Origin: a virus
Taxonomy: Duplodnaviria > Caudoviricetes
IMG/VR virus record: IMGVR_UViG_3300020151_000582
Coordinates: 1 to 39,069 of that record
Reading direction: 5' to 3' (one strand)
DNA: 39,069 nucleotides
Shown in pieces: positions 5,734 to 17,000 of the stretch (its first letter is position 1; each line of letters opens with the position of its first letter). The position numbers were made by a program, and so were the translations under genes. The notes below the pieces were generated by a model, which saw nothing but the letters and a program-made list of their open reading frames with translations, ran no database searches and was not told the origin of the DNA.

Positions 5734-6135
5734 ATGCCAATAGAACGTGCTAGTATTGGCTTTAAAGACATTAGTATGTCTTTTTTAGCAAATCCAATAA
5801 ACAGAGATCTTATAGACATTAAGAATGAAACTGCTGTTGCACGTTCTATTAGAAATTTAATATTGACTGGTAGAGGTGAAAGATTTTTTGATGAATATTT
5901 GGGATCAAGAGTGTCTAAATACCTTTTTGAAAATCTGGATGAATTCACCGCAGAATCATTAAAAACAGAAATAAAAGATGTTATAAGAAATCGTGAACCA
6001 AGAGTAACATTGGATGATGTAATTATTGACGCAGATTTTGATAATAATTTATTCAATGTTTCTATATTTTATAGAATAATTGGTCTTGATGCATTACCTC
6101 AACAATTAAGTTTTGTATTACTAGCAACTAGGTAA
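5734..6135 (+). CDS. gp25: Baseplate wedge subunit gp25
   Basis: FKDISMSF..NP...D, AVARSIRNLILT..GERFF...GS, I...EPRV motifs; adjacent to gp6. Confidence 0.92.
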   Translation: MPIERASIGFKDISMSFLANPINRDLIDIKNETAVARSIRNLILTGRGERFFDEYLGSRVSKYLFENLDEFTAESLKTEIKDVIRNREPRVTLDDVIIDADFDNNLFNVSIFYRIIGLDALPQQLSFVLLATR

Positions 6136-8040
6136 ATGACATTAGTAAACTTTACAAATTTAGATTTTGATCAAATACGTATAAGTATTAAAGATTATTT
6201 AAGGTCGAATTCGTCATTTACGGACTATGATTTTGAAGGATCTAACATGTCAGTTTTAATTGATATGTTGGCGTACAATACTTATATCAACTCTTATAAT
6301 GCAAACATGTTGAGTAATGAGGTATTTTTAGATTCTGCTACATTAAGAGAAAATGTAGTTTCTTTAGCAAAGAACGTTGGATATTTACCACGTTCTGTAA
6401 TCTCTTCAAAAGCTAAAGTATCATTTTTTGTTGATGTATCTGAAGTAGCACCGAATTCGTTAACTTTAACTTTAAATAAAGGGACAGTTTGCTCATCAAA
6501 AGGTTTTGTTGGAGAAACTTTTTCCTTTTCAATATATTCACCAATTACTGTTCCAATAGTTGGTGGTATTGCTATGTTTAGTAACATAGAAATTTATGAA
6601 GGACCATTAGTAACAAGTAACTTTATAGTAGATTCATTAAATAAAAATCAAAAATTTATATTAAATAATACCAATATTGACACCTCAACATTAAAGGTTA
6701 CTATAAGAGATGATATCCAAAGTTCGATAACTAGAGAATATAAGTTTGCAAATAATATAGTAAATGTTAAACCTACAGACAATGTATTTTTTCTGAATGA
6801 AATTACTAATCAAAAATATGAATTAATTTTTGGAGATGGGACATTTGGTTCACACCTCCAAAATAATAATTTCATAGAGGCATCTTATATTATTTCTGGT
6901 GGTCAAAAATCAAATGGTGTAGGTGATTTTATTTTTACTGGTAATTTTTCAGATAATAATGGAGATATTGTACAAACAGAAACTCCATTTATCACAACAG
7001 ACGAACCATCTTCTGGCGGAAAACCAATAGAAGAAGTTTCTTCTATTAAAAAATTCGCACCTAGAGTTTATGCATCTCAAAATAGAGCAGTAACTTCTGC
7101 AGATTATGAATCATTAATACCACTAATATACCCAGAAGTAGAATCTATTTCAGTTTTTGGTGGAGAGGAACTAGATCCACCAAAATATGGAAAAGTTTTT
7201 ATTGCAATTAAACCAAAAAATGGATCTTTTGTTCCAGCTACTGTTAAAGATAATTTAAAGTCTAAGTTGAAATCTTATGCTGTTGCTGGCATTGTTCCAG
7301 AATTTGTAGATTTAAAATACTTATATATCGAATATAATACAACAATATATTACAATTTTAATTTAACTAGAGATGTAAATGATATTAAAACTAGTGTATT
7401 TGATACTTTGTTGAAGTATTCAAAATCTTTAGATTTAAATAGATACTCATCAAGATTTAAATATAGTAAATTTTTAAAGTTAATAGATGATAGTGATAGA
7501 TCAATAACATCAAATATAACAAAGATAACGATGAGAAGAGATTTGAGACTGGAGATCTCTCGTTTTGCCGAATATGAAATTTGTTTTGGTAATGAATTTC
7601 ATGTAAAAAATCCAGAAGGATATAATATAAAATCATCAGGTGTTAACATAGCTGGAATTTCTGGGACAGTTTACTTTGCAGATAAACCAAATTCTGATGG
7701 ATTAACTGGATCTATATTTATTTTTAGACTTACATCAACATCACAACCATCCATAGTAAGACAGAATGTTGGAACTATTGATTATGTTAAAGGAGAGATA
7801 AAATTATCAGCACTCAATATAACTAATGGAAAACAACTTGAAGGTAATACCATTATAGAGTTTTCTGCAATACCAAAATCAAATGATGTCATCGGTAGAC
7901 AAGATTTGTATCTACAATTAGATACTTCCAAATCTTCAATACAAGTCTTGGAAGATACAATATCTTCCGGAAGAGATGTATCGGGATCTCAATATATAGT
8001 AACATCTAGCTATTTAAACGGGGATTTAGTAAGAAACTAA
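6136..8040 (+). CDS. gp6: Baseplate wedge subunit gp6
   Basis: LDFDQI..SIKDYL, FTDYDFEGSNMSVLID.LAYNTY, FGDG..G, QNRAVT..DY, GGEE..PP.YGKVFI.IKP motifs. Confidence 0.95.
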   Translation: MTLVNFTNLDFDQIRISIKDYLRSNSSFTDYDFEGSNMSVLIDMLAYNTYINSYNANMLSNEVFLDSATLRENVVSLAKNVGYLPRSVISSKAKVSFFVDVSEVAPNSLTLTLNKGTVCSSKGFVGETFSFSIYSPITVPIVGGIAMFSNIEIYEGPLVTSNFIVDSLNKNQKFILNNTNIDTSTLKVTIRDDIQSSITREYKFANNIVNVKPTDNVFFLNEITNQKYELIFGDGTFGSHLQNNNFIEASYIISGGQKSNGVGDFIFTGNFSDNNGDIVQTETPFITTDEPSSGGKPIEEVSSIKKFAPRVYASQNRAVTSADYESLIPLIYPEVESISVFGGEELDPPKYGKVFIAIKPKNGSFVPATVKDNLKSKLKSYAVAGIVPEFVDLKYLYIEYNTTIYYNFNLTRDVNDIKTSVFDTLLKYSKSLDLNRYSSRFKYSKFLKLIDDSDRSITSNITKITMRRDLRLEISRFAEYEICFGNEFHVKNPEGYNIKSSGVNIAGISGTVYFADKPNSDGLTGSIFIFRLTSTSQPSIVRQNVGTIDYVKGEIKLSALNITNGKQLEGNTIIEFSAIPKSNDVIGRQDLYLQLDTSKSSIQVLEDTISSGRDVSGSQYIVTSSYLNGDLVRN

Positions 8041-8044
8041 TAAT

Positions 8045-11000
8045 ATGTTAAACGAAAGAATAAAAACAAAAGATTTAATCAGATCACAAATCCCTAATTT
8101 CATATTTGAGGAGGGAAATTCTGAATTTTTAGAGGATTTTTTGACCGAATATTATAATTCGGTTGAATATCAAGGTGGACCAAATGATCTATTGAACAAT
8201 ATAGATCAATATGTGAAATTAGAAAATATTTCAGAATTAAATCTGTCAACAAAATTATCAGAAGATGTTCTTTTTGACAGTTATGAAATTTTTGTAGACT
8301 CAACAGTAGACTTTCCAAGTGAAAATGGTATAGTAAAAATTAATGATGAAATTATTTTTTATCAATATAAAGACGCCAATTCTTTTAAAAATTGTACCAG
8401 GGCATTTTCGGGCACTGTTTCATACACTTCCATAAGTAATTCGGAAACATTTTTAAAAACTTCAAACAGTACACACAATAAAGGTGATACTGTATATAAT
8501 CTAAGATCTTTATTCCTTTACGAATTTTTTAAAAAATTTAAAAATCATTTTGCTTTTGGTTTCGAAGAGGCAAATTTCTACGAACCTGTTAATGAAACCT
8601 TATTTTTAAGCAAAATAAAAGATTTCTATTCCTCTAAGGGATCTGATAATTCATTCGACATATTGTTTAGAGCAGTTTTTGGTGTTTCTTCAAAAATAAT
8701 AAAGCCTAGAGATTATTTAATACGTCCATCAGATTCTGATTATCGTACAACTAGGGATATTGTTGTAGAGCAAATTTCTGGTGACCCAGAAAATCTAGTA
8801 AATTTAACTTTATTCCAAGATGAAATTCCTTCATTTATACCATTCTCTTCAGGAACAGTAACCAAAGTTGAGAAATTAATTCGCTTAAATAGAATTTATT
8901 ATAGAATTAGTTTAGATTACAGTCCTACGGTAAATTCTGGATCCTTCGATATACACCCTAAAACTTTTGTAACCTCAGATACAATTGTAGGTCAACCATA
9001 TATTGACGTAGATTCTACTAATGGATTTGAAGATTCTGGAAAATTATTAGTTTATATTGGAAATAATTCATATAAAGAAATATCATATACATCAAAAACT
9101 TCAACTCAATTTTTGGGGTGTTCTGAAACAATTAAATTAGATAGAAAACAAGAGTTACTTTCACCATACTATGCATATGCTTATAACAATGGTGATATAA
9201 TAAAAGTACGAGTTACTGGCGTTTTAAGTACCGTAGAACCTATAGATTCAACCTATTTTTATGATCAAGGTGATGAATTAGAAGTCTTATCATTAGGATC
9301 CTACAGTAATAGAGGTCCATTACAAACTTCTTGGTTAGTTAACTGCACACCTTATTTCGATGTTTTATCTGTAGAAAAATTAGCGTTATACAGATATAGA
9401 ATTACAACAACTGATGATAATACTATAACAGTTGGTGATAGTCTTACATTATCAAATGGATCTAATAAATTTGATGCTTCAGTAATAAAATCAACAAATA
9501 AAAAGGCTTTCGATATTCAATTAAATAGTGAAATTGATGTCACACTAGATTATGTTGTTACAAAAAATATATTAAAAGTAAATTGCAGAACTTATGGCAA
9601 TTTAAACACAACATCAGCAAACGTTAATAACGTTTATGATGGTATGGATGGAACTACTATGATTTCATCTCCATCATTACCAAATTATTTAAATAATCAA
9701 TTAATTATAAAAGATTTTCTTATTACAATTAATGGATTTTTTGATGGTTATCAGTTATATGTTGGAAAGCATCCATTTTTTACCGGTGATAATATTTCTT
9801 ATCAGGGAGAAGAAAATAATAATTTAAATATTCCAAATGGATCTTATTATGTTAAAAAAATTGATGATAATAACATAAAATTAGCAACGAGTAGATCTAA
9901 TATTTTTAGAGATACTTTTGTATATGTAAATGGATCAGTAACAAATAATACATTAAAACTAACAAATTTTGCAAACCAAACAGTAAGACCACAAAAATTA
10001 CTTAGAAAATTTTATTCACAATTACCATCATCAGAAAAACAAATTGTAACTCCAGGGCAAATAGGAATGTTTGTGAATGGAGTAGAAGCTTTAAGTTATA
10101 AAACTGGTGATTTTATTTTCTACGGAAAAATAGAAAATATAGACATTTCTTCTGTAGGTGATAATGAATATGATGTGATAAATCCACCAAAACTATTAAT
10201 CTCAGATCCTATAGGCTTTGGTGCTACTGGTGTATGTAATGTTACCGGATCTTTAAGAAAAATAGATCTTTTAGATAAAAACTATTCTTTCACTGGAGAA
10301 ATCCCAAGAGTTACTATATCGGGTGGAAATGGAACAGGTGCAAAAGCAGAATGTATTGTAGTTCCGGTAAATGTTGATATTGAATTTGGTGCAAATTCTA
10401 ATGCAGGTTTAGTTAATATATCTTCAAATACAATCGGATTTACTACATTTCATAGATTAAATCAATACGATAAAGTAGTATATCAATGTGGTATTCAAAC
10501 CGCTGTTGGTGGATTAGTAAATAATGCAACATATCATGTTTCAGTAATAAATTCCAATACCATAAAATTATATCCATCATATGATAATGCAGTTTCTGGA
10601 ATTAATACTGTAGATTTAACTTCTTATGGTAATGGTATTCACAAATTTAGAACTTTTGAAGTAAAAAATATAATTTCTTCCATAGAAGTTATCAATGGTG
10701 GTGAAGGATATTCCACTAAAAAATTATTCTTTAATCCAGAAGATATTAATCTTTACAGCAATAATATAACTATTCAAAATCATAATTATCAAAACAAAGA
10801 AATAGTAACTTATAATTTTAATGGAACTCAAGCTAGTGGTATATCTACATCATCAAATTATTTCGTCAAAGTAATTGATAAGAATAACATTAGATTATCT
10901 TTAGTTGGTGTTGGTACTATCAGTGAAGATTATTATTATGACAATAATCTTACGGTTAAATTTACATCACAAGGACTTGGTGTTCATGAATTAAATTATT

Positions 11001-14000
11001 TACCAATTGTAGTAACTGTTGATAGTCCTGTAGGAATAATTACTTTTTCTGGACAGAACTCTTCAGTTGAAGTTCAACCTATTTTTAGAGGTTCAATACA
11101 GTCAATATCTTTAAGTAACAGTGGACAACAATATGGTGATCAGGAAATTATTAATTACAAGAGACAACCTGTAGTTGAAGTTCTTAATGGTTCTGATGCC
11201 GTATTAACTCCAATAGTTTCAAATGGTAGTATAGTAGATGTTTTAATCAATAATCCTGGATCCAATTATAATTCTATTCCAAGTTTATCAGTTCTTGGTG
11301 ATGGATTGGGGTGCGTTTTAATTCCAATAATAAAAGATGGAAAAATTGATAGAGTTATAATTTCTTCAGGAGGAGTTAACTATACTCAACCTCAGACTAG
11401 GATATATGCTATTCCAGCAGGATCTGGAGTTCAATTTGATACAAATATAAAGTCTTGGAATATAAATTTAGTAGAAAGGCTTATTAATACATCCCAAATA
11501 ACTGATGATGATGGAGTAGTTGCAAATTCTATTGATAGAACTAATGAACTAGAATATTGTCATGCGTATGTACCCAGAAAATTACGAGAATCTTTACTAT
11601 CATCGGCTATAGGTCCCACTGGAGAAACAATTTACCGAAATGATTTATCTAATGATCCTGCATTAATAAAATATCATTCATCGGTCCTTGGTTGGGCGTA
11701 TGATGGAAATCCAATCTATGGTCCATATGGATATTCTGACCCACAAGGTGGTGCGGTGAGAAGGATGATAAGTGGTTATACCGTAAATAATAACCCAGAA
11801 AGACCTTCTTTGTATCCAGTTGGATTTTTTATTGAAGATTATATATTCACTAATGATGGTGATTTAGATGTTTATAATGGTAGATATTGTAAAACACCAG
11901 AATATCCAAATGGTGTTTATGCCTATTTCACTACTGTTAATGGGTTAGAAGAATCTGATGGTCCATTTAGATCTTATTTAAAACCACAATTTCCATATAT
12001 TATTGGAAATTATTATGAATGTCCAATAATACCATTTAATTATGATGAAAATTCTAATGAGAATAAAATCAATTTAAACGATAGTGGTTATTTGAGAAAT
12101 ACTTACTACTATCATTTATTAGCAAAAAATAGTGGTTATGATTGTATTATTGACCCAACTAAAAATATTGAACAGAAAACTACAATTTCCGATACTAGCA
12201 CAGGATCTCTTACACGTCTTTCTGTAGTATCTGCTGGATCTAGTTATAGAGTTGGTGATGTAGTTTCATTAAGTAATAATGAAACTGGTGGGCGAAATGC
12301 ATCTGCGGTTGTGGGTGAAATCATCGGTAAAAATATTGTATCATTAGGATCATCATCAATTTTGATTTCGAATGTGGAGTTTTCACCAACTTCAAATAGA
12401 TCTATTGTTGGTGTTTGTACATTACCACATAATTTTGTTAATGCTGAGGTAATTTCTATAACTAATTTAAATAATTATGAAATTGATCTATCCAAAAGAA
12501 ATTATAGTGTGGGAATAACTACACATTCAATGAACTTATCATCATATTTAGATACACAAGCAGTTACTGGAATTGTTACATTTGTTGGGGTTTATGGAAA
12601 TTTAAATTATCCAAATATAAGAGTTGGGGATATTTACAATATAGGAAATGAAAAAATTAAAATATTAGAAATAAACAAAAACTTTTCACAATTAAAAATA
12701 TTGAGGGGTTATGATGGAACTTCTGGAGTTGCACACACACAAGGATCAATATTATTTGAAAATCCAAGAAAATTTACTATATCATTCAATTCACAAAATC
12801 CAAGTATATCTCAAAAAAATACTCCATTAAATAAATTAATTTACTTTAATCCTGAGGAAAGTTTAGGTCGTGGTAGTGGTGTTGGTATTGGAACAACAAT
12901 ATTCTTCTCCCACGTTGGATATGGAATAACTCAATTAATAATACCAGTTAAATCAATATATTTGAGAAACCACGAGTTAAATACTGGCGATTCTATCATA
13001 TATTCTAACTCTGGAAATACATCCATAACAGTTTCTACTGGATCAACTACATATCCATTGACAAATAATACTAAATTATATGTTGGTAAAATAAATGATA
13101 GTCTTATTGGTATTTCTACTTTGCCAGTAGGTGTTGGAAGCACAGGATCTTTTGTGAATATAGGAACAAACAATCAAGATCCATTTTTATCATTTACAGA
13201 TTATGGATCTGGATTTGATCATTTATTCACCACAGATTTACAAAATACATTACAAGGTGATGTAGTAAAAACAAATGCCAATGTTATAACAGAAGAAAAC
13301 CACAATTTAAATATTGGAGATATAATCAATCTTATTGTATATCCTGGAATTACAACTAGTATTTCAGTTCAATATAATGATGCAAATAGAAGAATGGTTA
13401 TGAATCCAAAATCATTTACCCTTTTTGATGTTGATACCAATGAAGATACTATTTTAATACCAAATCACGGATATAAAACTGGACATAAAGTACTTCATAT
13501 ATCAGTATCTTCTACAGGTGGACTATTTAATGATACAATATATTATGTAATTGTAGTCGATCGTAATAGAATACGTCTTTCGGATCAATATTATGGATCT
13601 TCCCGTAGAGATATTGACCTTTCTTATATTGATTTAACATCCCCATCATTTGGAGTATTATGGTCAGTAAATCCAGAAATTAAAGTTTACAGAAATAATA
13701 CGGTTACATTTGATTTATCTGATCTATCATTATCATCATCTGGAATGCCAGCTTTCACGTTTGATTTTTATACAGATAGAGAATTTAAAAATAAATTTTA
13801 TACCACAGATTTTGAAAATTTCTCAGTAAAAAGAGTTGGTAATATAGGAATAGATGCAAATGCCTCGGTAACTCTGATAATAAACTCAGCAACCCCCCCA
13901 GTCCTTTATTATAAATTAACACCAATTGTAAAGGGTGGAATACCACAATCAAAATCTGAAATAATACTTGATGATGATAATATTGATAATAACAATACTA

Positions 14001-17000
14001 TGATTGTTAGTGGTAGTTTATATTGTAATACTTATGCTGTTGTTGGTGTTGGATCAACATCTATAAAATTATCTATGGATGTTGTACCAGAAACAGATTT
14101 ATATAATGAAAGTACAGCGGACATGGCATATTTTACACAATCTGGAGATTCTGAAGGCCCAATTAGTTTTATTAGAATTACCACTGGTGGTAATGAATAC
14201 CGTAGACTACCTTCAGTTTTATCAGTTACTAGTAGTTCTGGATTAGGAACTGACGCTTTACTATTACCTTTTAGCAATTCTATAGGTAAAGTAAATACAT
14301 ACACAATCAATGATATTGGTTTTGATTACCCCTCCGACAAAACATTAAGTCCAGTCACATTATTACCAAAAATATTTAAAATTGAGCCCTTGTCAAAATT
14401 TGAATCTATTAAAATAGTTTCTCCAGGAGTTAATTATTTTGTAGCACCTCAACTAGTTGCATTAGATGGTCTTACTGGAAGAGTAAATACCGAAGTTGAT
14501 TTGAGATACAATGTTGGAGACACTGAAGTAACTATAGTCAGAAATACTAGGGGTGTTTATAATTTAAACCCAATAATTCTTCCAATCAATAATCCAAATG
14601 GAATTACCATTTCATCAATCAATTTCAATAATACATCGTATGATGTTACAGTTGGACTTGCAGTAAGTTTTGGTAGTGTTAATGATTTTCCTTTTGAAGT
14701 AGGTGATCGGGTAATTGTAGAAAATACTAATATTGATCTAATAGAAGGTGGTGATGGGTATAATTGTGAAAATTATGATTATAAATTATTTACTTTAAAA
14801 TCTATAAATCCAGATATTGGAGGAGAAAGTCCAACAATAACTTTCAATTTATCTGAAGTAACAACAAATCCAAATCCAGGTGTTTTTGATTCTTTTGAAT
14901 CTATCGGAACAGTAACTCCAGAAAAATATTTTCCAGTTTTTGATGTAACTTTAGTGAAGGACAAGTTTATTACTGGAGAAGTAATTAAAAATCAAGCAGG
15001 TTTATCTGGAATTGCTCAAGCATATGATTATAAAAATGAATATTTAAAACTCAATACTACAGAGAATTTCCAACTTAATGACTTTGTAACTGGTGAATCA
15101 TCCAAAAATAGTGGATTAATTTCGGAGGTTACGAATTTTAGGACAAAACATATAATCGGTTCAAACTCAATTATTAATAGTGGATGGAAAGATACTGTAG
15201 GAAATCTGAATGATGATACTCAAAGAGTTCAAAATAATGATTATTATCAAGAATTCTCATATTCAATAAATTCAACAATTTCTTATGAAAAGTGGAATTC
15301 TTTGGTAAGTACATTAAATCATACTCTTGGATTTAAGAAGTTTAGTGATCTTTCAATAGAATCTTACCAATCAGAAAACGTTGGTTTTATTACAACTCCA
15401 AATAATATATCTTTAACTTCATTAGTAACTTTAGATGGAATTTCTAATATAAACACTTATAAAGATTTTGATATATGCAAAGAAAGATCAATTTTTATTG
15501 GTGATAAGTATGTTTCAAACCAAATTTTATTTGCTAACCCATTTTTAACAAAGTATAATGAATTTATAGGAAATAGAGTTTTAAAAATTGATGATGTAAG
15601 TTCGGAATTTAATGATCAACAGACACAATTTACATTAAAACACAATGGATCTTTTATATTTTCAAAAGAATTTGATGCTACTGTAGGATCTATTGTAGGT
15701 CTAGTTGATAATACTGTATCATTACCAAATCACTTTTTTGTCACTGGAGAAGAAATAGAATATATTCCCTTTAACAATGACCCATCAAATTCTATAGGAA
15801 TTGGTACAACCTATTTTGTTGGTGTTGGTACAACTTCAAAACTACCATCATCAGTTTATGTAATTAAAATTGATACTGAAAAAGTACAGCTTGCATCCTC
15901 GGCACAAAATGCACTACTCTTCAACCCAATACCTCTATCATTAACTTCAGTTGGAACTGGCAAAACTCATATTTTTAGATCCAAAAATACAAATACTAGA
16001 TCTTTAATAACTTTAAATGGCATCATACAATCACCATTAGTTTCAACTGCAGTAACTACAACATTATCTTCTTCAGTTGGTATTGGTAGTACAATATTTG
16101 GATTGAGTGGAATAACTTCCATCTTTAGTGGTGATTTAATTAAAGTTAATAATGAAATAATGTTTGTAAATGCAGTTGGTTCTTCAAGTACAAATTCAGT
16201 CAATGTATTAAGAGGACATGTTGGAACTAGTGCAACTTTCACACATTCATCTGGATCTTTAGTGACTAAATTGGTTGGTAATTACAATATTATTGGAAAT
16301 ACAATAAACTTCCCAGAATCTGTTCCAGGTTTATCCCCAATAGGAACTACAACATCAAATAATCCAAATGAAGTGGACTATTTGGGAATAACAACTTCAA
16401 CAAGATTTGATGGTAGAGTTTTTATTCGTTCTGCATTAAAGCAAGGATACACTACAACTTACGATAAAGCATATAATACAAATTATGTTTTTGACGATAT
16501 ATCACAATCTTTCAATGGAATATCTACTAGTTTTACATTAAAAGTTGATAAATCAAATGTAACTGGATTTAGTACATCAAATGCAATGATTTTGATTAAT
16601 GATATTTTCCAAGGGCCAAGAAGATCATCATTATCTCCATTATTAACAATACCAGGAGACTATACATTAGAAGAAACTTCTGGAAAAACTGATATTATAT
16701 TTACTGGATCTCCTGCAAATTTTAATCAGACTAATGATATAAATGCTTCATCAGTTCCAAGAGGTGGAATTATTGTATCTGTAGGATCATCCAGTGGTTT
16801 AAGATATCAACCTTTAGTTGGTGCTGGAGGAACTTGTGTAGTTTCTGTTGCAGGAACTATACAATCAGTTGCAATTGGAAATTCTGGATCTGGATATAGA
16901 GTTGGTGTTCAAACGTATATTAGGGTTGGTGTTCAAACATATAGTTCTGGAACACCAAATATAACCTATATCGGTTATGCGAATGCCGCTAATGGTAAAG

